NCBI GenBank assembly: GCA_963663895.2
Contig: CAXXRD010000002.1
Location: 384,001 to 448,000, forward strand
DNA: 64,000 nt
Direction: 5' to 3'
From: Dehalococcoidia bacterium
Lineage (GTDB): Bacteria > Chloroflexota > Dehalococcoidia > Bin125
The position numbers were made by a program, and so were the translations under genes. Each line of letters starts with the position of its first letter. The first letter of the stretch is position 1. Below the pieces are notes generated by a model. It made no database searches. It saw only the letters and a program-made list of their open reading frames with translations, and was not told the origin of the DNA. Positions 50,617 to 59,694 of the stretch are shown here, piece after piece.

Positions 50617-51134
50617 TCGTTCCATCAGCATTGCTGCTTGCCGGTATCGCTCTTGCCGTGGCGGTCATTGGGTATCTCGACACCCGCTCGTCAGTGGACG
50701 AGTTGGACAATCGCGCCACTGATCTCAGGGTGCAGCTGGAAGCGCTGGTGGCGGCGGAATCACCGGATTCCGGTGCGCTACGAGATGACAGCGCGATCGA
50801 AGCTGTGGCTAGCCTGCAAGGCCAGATCGACGATCTGGACCGCCAAGTGTCAGGCTTGCAAGCAACTATGCAGCGCCCAGAGCCCGTCGCCAGCGATTGG
50901 ATCGTGATCGAAAAACAGCAGTCAGACATCACCGACGAAAGAGGTGTGACCAAGCAGACCCTCACGCTGCGATACAGCACCCCACATGGTGGAACAGCGA
51001 GTTGGGAGGGCGAAGTCTTTTGGACGGAAACACCTGACGGATCTGGTGCACAAGAGATGCATAACGAGCATTTTTTGGACTGCTGGTCCAATGCCCGTGT
51101 TGGGGAATCTCTTCCATCTTGTGCGCGCCGGTAG
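50565..51134 (+). CDS. Membrane-anchored/secreted coiled-coil hypothetical protein (IS passenger)
   Basis: Hydrophobic N-terminal helix LLLAGIALAVAVIGY, heptad-like region, C-terminal CW...C pair. Low GC. Exact start uncertain (50565 or 50595). Confidence 0.65.
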   Translation: MGLLAESQKGLRRLRPLIVPSALLLAGIALAVAVIGYLDTRSSVDELDNRATDLRVQLEALVAAESPDSGALRDDSAIEAVASLQGQIDDLDRQVSGLQATMQRPEPVASDWIVIEKQQSDITDERGVTKQTLTLRYSTPHGGTASWEGEVFWTETPDGSGAQEMHNEHFLDCWSNARVGESLPSCARR

Positions 51135-51160
51135 CGGCGATCGTCAGCGCCTTTCCACCT

Positions 51161-51183
51161 GGGTAAACACGTCTATAATCCCC
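51161..51183 (+). mobile_element. IS1595-family (ISNwi1-type) right terminal inverted repeat
   Basis: GGGTAAACACGTCTATAATCCCC. The reverse complement GGGGATTATAGAC matches the end GGGGATTATATAC next to the transposase relic at 60281. Confidence 0.65.
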
Positions 51184-51353
51184 TTCCACAAGGCCGCTGG
51201 TAGCGTCGGTCGGCACCGAGCCTTACGGACAGCATGCATCGCCGGGCATTGGCGATGCCGAAGCGTTCGGACGGCTGAGGCGGTTTGGGCGCATATGGTG
51301 AATCCGTTCGAGCGGAACCAGGCATGGAGCGGGCGGTCCCGGGCGACGCCGGC

Positions 51354-52292
51354 ATGAGCGAGGCGCGGCCGGCGATGGTGGCGTACGTGGCGCTGGCGGT
51401 GGAGGACGCGGAACGAGCGGCGGCGCTGGCGGGTCCGTTGGGACTGCGAAGCACACCGCTGGAGGCAGGCGCGGACGGGCCGGTGACGGCCTTCGCGGTG
51501 GGCGAGGCAGCGGTGGCGCTGTTTCCCCTGGGGCATGCGCTGCTGGGAGAAGGCGGGTCCAAGGCCGGGGTGCACCACATAGCGCTGGCCAGCGCCGACC
51601 CCGAGGCCGCCGTCGCCGCGGCCGGCCTGCCACGGGCCGGCGGGCCAGCCCCCGGACTGGCGGGGCGGCGCGCGATCGCGATCGAGCCGAGCGCGACGGC
51701 GGGAGTGCGGCTGCGCTATAGCGAGCCGCTCGAACTGGAGCCGAGCGCGGCGCCCCTGGTGGAGCGGATCGACCATCTGGGCGTGGCGTCGGCGGACAAC
51801 GCCGCAGCGGTGGCGCTGTTCCACGAGCGTCTAGGGTTTCCCTTAGAGAGCCGGCAGACCGACCGCGAGGTACACGTGCCGATCGAGAGCTTCACGTCGG
51901 ACAAGTACGGCGTCGTCTACCACAGCCGGACGCCGCTGCAACGGGGGGCGCTGGAGGTCGCCTTCGTGACGGTGGGCGACTTCGATCTGGAGTTCCTGTG
52001 CGACGCCGACGCGATCGCCGCGGCGGGAAGGCGCAGCGGCAGTGAAGCGGGAAGCACGCAGCAGGATCGGGGGGCGATCAGCCGCTTCGTCGAGCGGCGC
52101 GGACCGGGGCTGCACCACCTGGCCCTCAAAACGCCGGCGATGGATGCCGCGCTGTCAGCGCTGCGCGAAGCCGGGGTGCCGCTGATCGACGAGACGGGGC
52201 GGCCGGGGTCGCGGCGGGCGCAGATCGCCTTCTTGGAGCGAGAGGCGCTGGGAGGCGTGGTAATGCATTTAGTGGAGCGGGAGCCGCTCTAG
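51354..52292 (+). CDS. Two-domain VOC/glyoxalase protein (methylmalonyl-CoA epimerase-like C-domain)
   Basis: GVHHIAL, IDHLGVA, LEFL, RFVERRGPGLHHLAL, GRPGSRRAQIAFL. Confidence 0.85.
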   Translation: MSEARPAMVAYVALAVEDAERAAALAGPLGLRSTPLEAGADGPVTAFAVGEAAVALFPLGHALLGEGGSKAGVHHIALASADPEAAVAAAGLPRAGGPAPGLAGRRAIAIEPSATAGVRLRYSEPLELEPSAAPLVERIDHLGVASADNAAAVALFHERLGFPLESRQTDREVHVPIESFTSDKYGVVYHSRTPLQRGALEVAFVTVGDFDLEFLCDADAIAAAGRRSGSEAGSTQQDRGAISRFVERRGPGLHHLALKTPAMDAALSALREAGVPLIDETGRPGSRRAQIAFLEREALGGVVMHLVEREPL

Positions 52293-52323
52293 CGGTGGCG
52301 GCGGGCGCGACGGCGGTGAAGCG

Positions 52324-54093
52324 ATGACGCAGGCGCATGATCCGATCACGGTGGAGGTGCTGCGCAACGCGTTCACCGCCGTGTGCAACGAGATGGCGCT
52401 GGTGGTCAAGAAAACCGCGTATTCGACCGTCGTGAACGAGGGAAACGACTTCGGGGGCGGACTGTACGACGCGGAGGGGCGGCTGGTCGCGCAGGGGGAG
52501 TTCGATCTGCCGGCGTTCGTGGGGTTGACGCACCTGACCGTGCCCGAGGTGATCCGATCGGTGGGGCAGGAGCGGATGCGGCCCGGCGACGTGTACATGA
52601 TCAACGACCCGTACGTCGCCAGCACGCACTGCAACGACATTCATTTCGTGAAGCCCGTGTTCTGGCAAGGGCAACTGGTGGCGTTCACGTCATCGACGGC
52701 GCACTGGTCGGACGTGGGCGGAGTGGTGGCGGGCTCTCTCAACTGCAACGCGCGCAGCCAGTTCGAGGAGGGGATGCGGATCCCGGCAGTCGCGATCTGC
52801 AAGGAGGGGACGGTCGACCGGGATCTCGTGTCCCTGTTGGTGACGAACATGCGCCAGTCGTGGGAGCGGATCGGGGACCTCAACGCCCAGCTGGCGGCGG
52901 TGCGGGCGGGGGACACGCGGGTGCAGGCCTTGCTGGCGCGGCACGGGGCGGAGACGTTCCTGGCGGCGATGGCGGAGGTGCAGAATCACGCGGAGCGGCT
53001 GGCGCGATCGGCCTTCGCGGCCTTGCCGGACGGCGTCTACACGGGCGAGGACCGCATCGATCAGGACGTGGCGACGGGCGAGCCGGTCACGGTGCGGCTG
53101 CGGCTGACGATCGCGGGCGATCAGGCGGTGTTCGACCTGGAGGAGAGCGACGACGCGGCGCAGAGCGGGATCAACTGCACGATCGCGGCGACGACGTCGG
53201 CGGTATTCATTGGGATGGCGTCGATCTTGCCGCCGATGCCGATGAACGCGGGCGTGATGCGGGCGGTCACGATCCGGGCCCGTCCGGGGTCGATCGTGTG
53301 GGCGCAGCCGCCGGCGGCGATCTCCGGGCTGGCGATCACGAGCATGGATTGTGTGATCGGGGCGGTGCTGATCGCGCTGGGGAAAGCGCAGCCGGAGCGG
53401 GCGGTGGGGCTGCCATCCGCCTGCGTGAACTCCACCTTCGCGGGGTACGACACGCGGCCGGAGTTCGAGAGCTCGTTCATCAACTACGTGTGGGCCTTCG
53501 GGGGAACGGGAGGCACGCGGGAGCGCGATGGGGGAAACAACCTGGCGTCGCCGTACTCGGCGAGCTCGACGAACATCCCCTGCGAGATGCAAGAGCGCCG
53601 CTATCCGGTGCTGTATTGGCGGCACATGATCTTGCCGGACTCTGGCGGGCCGGGAAGGTCGCGGGGCGGGTGCGCGCTGGAGCAGCTGATCCAGCCCTCG
53701 ACGCCGGGATCGCTGTCGAACATCACCAACCGGGCGCGCTTCGGGCCGCCGGGGGTGTTCAGCGGAGAGGAAGGGCGCACGTCGCGGCTGGTGGGGAATC
53801 CCGGAACGGAGAAGGAGCGGAACATCGGGACGTTCATCGTAAACGCGCCCATCGGACCGGGGGAGCTGCTGTCGTTCTGGTCGTGCGGAGGGGGCGGATA
53901 CGGCGATCCGCTGGAGCGAGAGCCGGCGCGGGTGCTGGAAGACGTGCGAGACGGGTACGTGTCGATCGAGGGGGCGCGAAGCCAGTACGGACTGGTGGCG
54001 CGGGAGGTAGACGGACGGCGGCTGGAGTACGCGGTGGACGAGGAAGCGAGCGCAGTCCTACGGCGCGAGCTGCGCGCGGCGAGAGATGGATAG
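52324..54093 (+). CDS. Hydantoinase B / oxoprolinase family subunit (orphan paralogue 3)
   Basis: NDPYVASTHCND, STAHWSDVGG, EMQERRYP, GGGGYGDPLER. Confidence 0.92.
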   Translation: MTQAHDPITVEVLRNAFTAVCNEMALVVKKTAYSTVVNEGNDFGGGLYDAEGRLVAQGEFDLPAFVGLTHLTVPEVIRSVGQERMRPGDVYMINDPYVASTHCNDIHFVKPVFWQGQLVAFTSSTAHWSDVGGVVAGSLNCNARSQFEEGMRIPAVAICKEGTVDRDLVSLLVTNMRQSWERIGDLNAQLAAVRAGDTRVQALLARHGAETFLAAMAEVQNHAERLARSAFAALPDGVYTGEDRIDQDVATGEPVTVRLRLTIAGDQAVFDLEESDDAAQSGINCTIAATTSAVFIGMASILPPMPMNAGVMRAVTIRARPGSIVWAQPPAAISGLAITSMDCVIGAVLIALGKAQPERAVGLPSACVNSTFAGYDTRPEFESSFINYVWAFGGTGGTRERDGGNNLASPYSASSTNIPCEMQERRYPVLYWRHMILPDSGGPGRSRGGCALEQLIQPSTPGSLSNITNRARFGPPGVFSGEEGRTSRLVGNPGTEKERNIGTFIVNAPIGPGELLSFWSCGGGGYGDPLEREPARVLEDVRDGYVSIEGARSQYGLVAREVDGRRLEYAVDEEASAVLRRELRAARDG

Positions 54094-55513
54094 CCGGGAC
54101 CTCTGCTTCCTCAGCGCCAACGAACTCGCGCGGCGGCTGCGAGCGCGGGATCTCTCGGCGCAGGAGGTGATGGAGGCGCATCTCGCGCAGATCGCCCGGG
54201 TCAACCCGCGCGTGAACGCGGTTTGCACGCTGGCGGCGGCGGAAGCGCGGGCGGGGGCGCAAAGCGCGGACCAAGCGCTTGCCGACGGGGAGACCCCAGG
54301 GCCGCTGCACGGCCTGCCCGTCGTGATCAAGGACCTGGCGGAGACGGCGGGAATCCGGACGACGTACGGATCGCGGGTGTACGAGTCGTACGTGCCGGAG
54401 GCGGACGCGCTGATCGTGGATCGGATGAAACGAGCGGGGGCGATCGTCGTGGGGAAGACGAACACGCCCGAGTTCGGAGCCGGGGCGCAGACGTTTAACG
54501 CGGTGTTCGGAGAGACCTGCAACCCCTACGACCCGCGCAAGACATGCGGAGGGAGCAGCGGGGGATCGGCGGTGGCGCTGGCGACGGGGATGGCGCCGCT
54601 GGCGAGCGGCTCCGATTTGGGGGGATCGCTCCGAAATCCGGCGGCCTTCTGCAACGTGGTGGGGTTCCGTCCCTCGATCGGGCGGGTGCCGGTGTGGCCG
54701 ACGGTATTCGGATGGTCATCGCTGTCGGTGCAGGGGCCGATGGCGCGGAGCGTGGCGGATGTGGCGCTGCTGCTGTCGGTGATGGCGGGACCGGACGCTC
54801 GCGTGGCGACGGGGCTGCGGGAGCCGGGCGCGTCTTTCCGCGCGCCCCTCGAACGAGATTTCAGGGGCGTGCGCATCGCATGGAGCCGCGATCTGGGGCT
54901 GTATCCAGTCGACCGGCGGGTCACGGCGGTCTGCGAGGCGCAGCGGGGCGTGTTCGCGGAGCTGGGGGCGGAGTTGGAGGAGGAGGAGCCGGACTTTCGG
55001 GGAGCGGATGCAACCTTCCAGACGCTGCGGGCGTGGCTGTTCGCGGGGAAGCACGGCGAGGACTGGCGGAGACACCGGGAGCTGCTGAAGGACACGCTGG
55101 TGTGGAATATCGAGAAGGGGCTGGCGCTGAGCGGGGAGGAGGTAGCGAAGGCGGAAGCGGCCCGGACGGCGCTGTTCGCACGGGTGCAGGGCTTCTTCGA
55201 AAGCTACGAGTTCCTGGCGCTACCGGCGACGAGCGTGCCGCCGTTCCCGATCGAGGAGCGCTACGTGACGGCGATCAACGGGCAGCAGCTGGAGACGTAC
55301 ATCGACTGGCTGGGCGTGACGTACGCGATCACTCTGCCGGGCCTGCCGGCGATCTCGGTGCCGTGCGGGTTCACGGAGGAGGGGCTGCCGGTAGGGTTGC
55401 AGATCGTGGGGCCTTACGGAGCGGACTTCGCCGTGCTGCAGCTGGCGCACGCGTTTGAACAGGCGACGCGCTTCGGGGAGCGCCGGCCGGCGCTGGCGCA
55501 GGACGAGGAGTAG
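54086..55513 (+). CDS. Amidase signature family enzyme
   Basis: GPLHGLPVVIKD, GKTNTPEF, GGSSGGSA, GSDLGGSLRNPA. Confidence 0.95.
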   Translation: MDSRDLCFLSANELARRLRARDLSAQEVMEAHLAQIARVNPRVNAVCTLAAAEARAGAQSADQALADGETPGPLHGLPVVIKDLAETAGIRTTYGSRVYESYVPEADALIVDRMKRAGAIVVGKTNTPEFGAGAQTFNAVFGETCNPYDPRKTCGGSSGGSAVALATGMAPLASGSDLGGSLRNPAAFCNVVGFRPSIGRVPVWPTVFGWSSLSVQGPMARSVADVALLLSVMAGPDARVATGLREPGASFRAPLERDFRGVRIAWSRDLGLYPVDRRVTAVCEAQRGVFAELGAELEEEEPDFRGADATFQTLRAWLFAGKHGEDWRRHRELLKDTLVWNIEKGLALSGEEVAKAEAARTALFARVQGFFESYEFLALPATSVPPFPIEERYVTAINGQQLETYIDWLGVTYAITLPGLPAISVPCGFTEEGLPVGLQIVGPYGADFAVLQLAHAFEQATRFGERRPALAQDEE

Positions 55514-55675
55514 GGCGATGTCTGCTAGGTTCCCTGCATGCGCTGGCGCGTCCAGACGCCGCGAAGCGGAGAGCCGCCGGCCAATCCAGGCGAAGGCGAG
55601 CGCGCGCATGCAGCGGCGGCCGAGGCCTGCGGTGATAAGCGGGAAGTCGCGAACGATCAGAGCAGCTGAGACGCG

Positions 55676-56911
55676 ATGAGCGCCGCGCTTTCGCACTTGC
55701 GGATCTGCGACTTCACGGGCCAGCTGGCGGGGGCGGGGGCGACGAAGTTCCTGGCGGCGTTCGGGGCACAGGTGATCCGGATCGAGGATCCAGTGCTGGA
55801 GGGTCGCTGGGACGTGCTGCGGGGAGCGCCGCCGTTCAAGGACGAGCGCCGGGGGATCAACCTGGGGGGAGCGTTCAATAACCACAACGTGGAGAAGCTG
55901 GGGATCACGCTGAACCTGCGCACGGAGCGAGGCCGGGAGCTGCTGCGGAGACTGGTCGCGGTGTCGGACGTGGTGACGGAGAACTTCTCGGCGGGGGTAT
56001 TGGAACGGCTGGGCTTCGGGTACGCACAGCTGCGGGCGATCAAGCCGGATGTGATTTACGTGTCGAACTGCGGGTTCGGGCACAGCGGACCGTACCGGGA
56101 TTACAAGACGTGGGGGCCGATCGTGCAGGCGGTGTCGGGGCTGACCTTCAGCTCGGGGTTGCCGGAGGAGCCGCCGGCGGGGTGGGGCTACTCGTACATG
56201 GACCACACGGCGGCGTACTACATGGCGATGGCGGTGCTGCTGGCGCTGCACCATCGCGCGCGGACGGGAGAAGGGCAGCACGTGGACATGGCGGCGACGG
56301 AGGCCGCGGCGTCACTGAACGGACCGGCGCTACTGGACTACACGGTGAACGGGCGGCCGCTGCGGCGCCCGGGACAGCCGCACAGCAATCGAAGCCAGTT
56401 TCCGCAGATGGCGCCGCATGGGATCTACCCGGCACGGGGCGAGGACAACTGGCTGGCGCTGTCGTGCCGGAATGAAGGGGAATGGGCGGCCCTGGGACGC
56501 GTGGTGGGGAAGCCGTGGGCGACGGCGGAGCGGTTCGCGACGCTGGAGGGGCGGTTGAGGGCCGAGGACGCGCTGGATACGCTGCTGGGGGCCTGGAGCG
56601 AGGAGCTCGACATGTTCGAGTCGGCGCGGGCGCTGCGGGCGGCGGGCGTGCCGGCGTCGGCGGTGCAGCGGCCGCAGCAGCGCATCGACGAAGATGCGAA
56701 CACGGCCGCGTGGGGGCTGTGGCCCAGCGTGCGGCACGCGGAGATGGGAGAGGTCCGCGTCGACGGGTTGCCGGTGCACTTGAGCGAGACGGATTGGTCG
56801 ATCCGGCGGGGGGCGCCCTGCCTGGGACAGGACAACGCCTTCGTGTTTGGGGAGATCTTGGGGGTGGGGGATTCGGAGCTGGCGCAGCTGCGGGCGGACG
56901 GGGTGATCTGA
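55676..56911 (+). CDS. Class III CoA-transferase (CaiB/BaiF), catalytic-type subunit
   Basis: ENFSAGVLERLG, GFGHSGPY, YMDH (catalytic Asp position), APHGIYP. Confidence 0.92.
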   Translation: MSAALSHLRICDFTGQLAGAGATKFLAAFGAQVIRIEDPVLEGRWDVLRGAPPFKDERRGINLGGAFNNHNVEKLGITLNLRTERGRELLRRLVAVSDVVTENFSAGVLERLGFGYAQLRAIKPDVIYVSNCGFGHSGPYRDYKTWGPIVQAVSGLTFSSGLPEEPPAGWGYSYMDHTAAYYMAMAVLLALHHRARTGEGQHVDMAATEAAASLNGPALLDYTVNGRPLRRPGQPHSNRSQFPQMAPHGIYPARGEDNWLALSCRNEGEWAALGRVVGKPWATAERFATLEGRLRAEDALDTLLGAWSEELDMFESARALRAAGVPASAVQRPQQRIDEDANTAAWGLWPSVRHAEMGEVRVDGLPVHLSETDWSIRRGAPCLGQDNAFVFGEILGVGDSELAQLRADGVI

Positions 56912-56912
56912 G

Positions 56913-58220
56913 GTGGCCTCCGCGGAGACGAAGGGGACGGGAGAAGCGCCGCTCAGCGGCTTGCGGGTGGTGGAGCTATGCGACGAGAAGGGGGCGTTCG
57001 CGGGGAAGTTGCTGGCGGACGCGGGGGCGGACGTGGTGAAGGTAGAGCCGCCCGCCGGCGATGCGACGCGGGACTACGAGCCGTTCCTGGAAGACCAAGC
57101 GGAGAAGGAACGGAGCCTGTGGTGGTGGCTCTACAACACCAGCAAGCGGGGGGTGACCCTGGATCTGGCGCAAACGGCAGGGCGGGAGGTGTTCCGGCGG
57201 TTGGTGGCGCGGGCGGACGTGGTGGTGGAGAGCCAGCCACCGGGGCGGCTGGCCGCATGGGGGATCGATTACGCGGACCTGTGCGGAAGCAATCCCGCGC
57301 TGATCTGGGCGTCGATCACGCCGTTCGGGCGGACGGGACCGGAATCCCAGGAAGCAGCGACGGATCTGACGATCCTGGCGGGGGGCGGGATCGCGTGGAT
57401 GAACGGATACGACGATCACGCGTTGCCTCCGGTGCGGGGCGGAGGCAATCAGGGCTACCACACGGGGTGCCACTACGCGGCGATGGCGGTGCTGGTGGCG
57501 CTGGCGCACCGTGACGCGGGAGGGCCGGGGCAGTTCATCGACGTGAACATGCACGCGGCGGCGAACGTGACGACGGAGGCGGGGAGCTACGACTGGTTGG
57601 TGAAGCGCCGGGAAGTGCAGCGACAGACGGGCCGGCACGCGGCCTACCGGCCGACGATGTCCACCCAGGTCCGGTGCGCGGACGGGGTATGGGTGAACAC
57701 GGGGATCGCGCCGCGGCGGCCGCAGGAGTTTCAGGTGATGTACGACTGGATCGCGGAGCTCGGGAAGCTGGAGGAGTTCCCCGAGGCGGCGATCTTGGAG
57801 GTGGCCGGGCAAGGCGGCGAGGTGATGCTGGGTCGCTTGGAGGAGGACGAGGAGATGCAGGCGAAGTTCGCCGCGGCGCGGGAGGCGGTGGTGTTCATCG
57901 CGGGACAGCTGCCGGCGGAGACGTTCTTCCACGAAGGGCAGCGGCGGGGGTTCCAGATGGGGATCATCTACGCGCCCGAGGAGGTGCTGGAGGACGGGCA
58001 CTTCCAAGCGCGCGGCTTCCCCGTGGAGGTGGAGCATCCCGAGCTGGGACGGAGCTTCCGCTATCCCGGAGCGCCGTGGAAGTTCGGGCGATCGCCGTGG
58101 CGGATCCGGCGCCGGGCGCCACTACTGGGAGAGCACAACGCCGAGGTGTCGCGGGAGTTGGGGCTATCGAGGGAAGAAGCAAGCGAGGTGAACGGCTCGC
58201 GGGGAGAGAGCCGCCGGTAG
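56913..58220 (+). CDS. Class III CoA-transferase (CaiB/BaiF), second subunit
   Basis: LSGLRVVE, GADVVKVEPP, NTSKRGVTLDL, TPFGRTGP, APLLGEHN. Starts 1 nt after its partner. Confidence 0.92.
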   Translation: MASAETKGTGEAPLSGLRVVELCDEKGAFAGKLLADAGADVVKVEPPAGDATRDYEPFLEDQAEKERSLWWWLYNTSKRGVTLDLAQTAGREVFRRLVARADVVVESQPPGRLAAWGIDYADLCGSNPALIWASITPFGRTGPESQEAATDLTILAGGGIAWMNGYDDHALPPVRGGGNQGYHTGCHYAAMAVLVALAHRDAGGPGQFIDVNMHAAANVTTEAGSYDWLVKRREVQRQTGRHAAYRPTMSTQVRCADGVWVNTGIAPRRPQEFQVMYDWIAELGKLEEFPEAAILEVAGQGGEVMLGRLEEDEEMQAKFAAAREAVVFIAGQLPAETFFHEGQRRGFQMGIIYAPEEVLEDGHFQARGFPVEVEHPELGRSFRYPGAPWKFGRSPWRIRRRAPLLGEHNAEVSRELGLSREEASEVNGSRGESRR

Positions 58221-58302
58221 CGCAACGGCTGACTGCCCCGCCGCGACGAGGCGGCCGCCACCGCCGATCTGCGCGCCATCCTCGCCGGCATCGATCTGGC
58301 TG

Positions 58303-58337
58303 TTGACAGACCCCCCCCCCCCCCATGTTTTCATAAC
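58303..58337 (+). promoter_or_regulatory. Putative sigma70 promoter with C14 homopolymer in the spacer
   Basis: TTGACA (58303-58308), GA, C14 (58311-58324), ATGTTTT, CATAAC, upstream of the secreted protein gene. Confidence 0.5.
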
Positions 58338-58463
58338 GCATCCACGTTGAGGGACGCGCTCCCTCAAAGCGACACCCGCGTCGGCGGGTGGGACGCCGGG
58401 CCGGCCGCCCGTCCGCAGCTCGCGAAGGCCGGCCCGCGAAGCAGAAACGGAAAGCAACCCCCG

Positions 58464-59471
58464 ATGAAGAATCTCGTTCTCGCCGCCCTGATCCTAGCGA
58501 TCGCCGCAGGCTCGGCCGTCGCCTATGCGACCGCGCGGACCGTGGAGACGACCGCCGATGTGGAGGTGCGCGTCTGGCAAGCCGTGAGCGACGAGGCGCT
58601 CTACATCAGCTCGCGCCCCGCCGGCGGCAAGTGGACCACGAACAACACGCCGCTGGACATGTCGGAGCTGAGCAAATCGGAGCGCTTCCGTCAGAGTCCG
58701 ATCACGACGGTGTCCGTGCCCGTCAGCGTTCCCGTGCCGGAGCCGCCGCCGTTCGACGATCACGGCAACACCCTGGCCGTTGCCAGCCCCCTGGCGCTCG
58801 GCGCGACGATCGACGCCATGATCGATTACGAAGGCGATGCGGACGCGTTCGCCTTCGAGGCGACGGCGGGAAGCTGGTACCGCATCGCGATCGGGGGCGA
58901 TCTCGCGCTCGCGGTCGGGGGCGATCTCGCGCTCGCGGATCGAAATGTCAACCTGAACCTGCACGGTCCCGATGGAGTGTGGATCGAGAGCTTCTTCGGC
59001 GCCGCCGGCCGCTTCGCGGCCGCGGCGACGGGCCGGCATTACTTCACCATCTACTCCTTCGCGCATCCGGCGCTTCCCGGTTCACCGTGGACCGGCCCCT
59101 ACACCCTCACCGTCACCCCGGTCGATCCCCCCGGCCCGCCACCCCTCACCCTGGCCCTCTCGAATGACGCCGACGGGGCGCTGCTAATGGCCGCCCGCTT
59201 CGCGCCGGACGCGACGCCGTACGCCGGCGCCGCGATCATCTTTGCGAGCGGCGCGCAGCTCAGCTACACCCTGACCGCGGCGCCGGCGGCGGGCGCGTGG
59301 GCCGATCTCACCGCGCAGCACTCGTTGGCGATCGCGCATGGCCTCGTGACCACCGCCCACTTCTTTGTCGGCTCCTCCGGGGAAGTCGGCTATCGCGACT
59401 ATGACTGCGTCGCCGACGACGCCGCCAGCACGGCCGAGCGCAGCGTCTGGACGTGTCGGGAACGGGAGTAG
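58464..59471 (+). CDS. Secreted protein with pre-peptidase C-terminal (PPC)-like beta-sandwich domain
   Basis: Signal peptide MKNLVLAALILAIAAGSAVAYA, Pro-rich linkers, DDHGNT...IDYEGDADAFAFEA...GPYTLTV. Confidence 0.75.
   Translation: MKNLVLAALILAIAAGSAVAYATARTVETTADVEVRVWQAVSDEALYISSRPAGGKWTTNNTPLDMSELSKSERFRQSPITTVSVPVSVPVPEPPPFDDHGNTLAVASPLALGATIDAMIDYEGDADAFAFEATAGSWYRIAIGGDLALAVGGDLALADRNVNLNLHGPDGVWIESFFGAAGRFAAAATGRHYFTIYSFAHPALPGSPWTGPYTLTVTPVDPPGPPPLTLALSNDADGALLMAARFAPDATPYAGAAIIFASGAQLSYTLTAAPAAGAWADLTAQHSLAIAHGLVTTAHFFVGSSGEVGYRDYDCVADDAASTAERSVWTCRERE
58891..58938 (+). repeat. Exact in-frame 24-bp tandem duplication
   Basis: TCGGGGGCGATCTCGCGCTCGCGG x2, encoding GGDLALA twice. 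Confidence 0.9.
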
Positions 59472-59694
59472 GCGCCCTGCTACCCTGCCGGCGCCGTCGC
59501 GTTCCCGTTGACCGCGCGACGAGCCTCTAGCGCCGGCGGGGCGCGGGATCGTTCGCAGCGTCACTGAGCCCCGCCGGCGTGCTACGCTCCCGCCATGCTG
59601 GGCACGCGACACCCGGCGAGCGTGGCGCCCGGTCATCGTCCAGGCGCCCGGCCGGCCCGTGGGTTCGACTCCCAGCTCGCGCAGCAGGCGGGCA

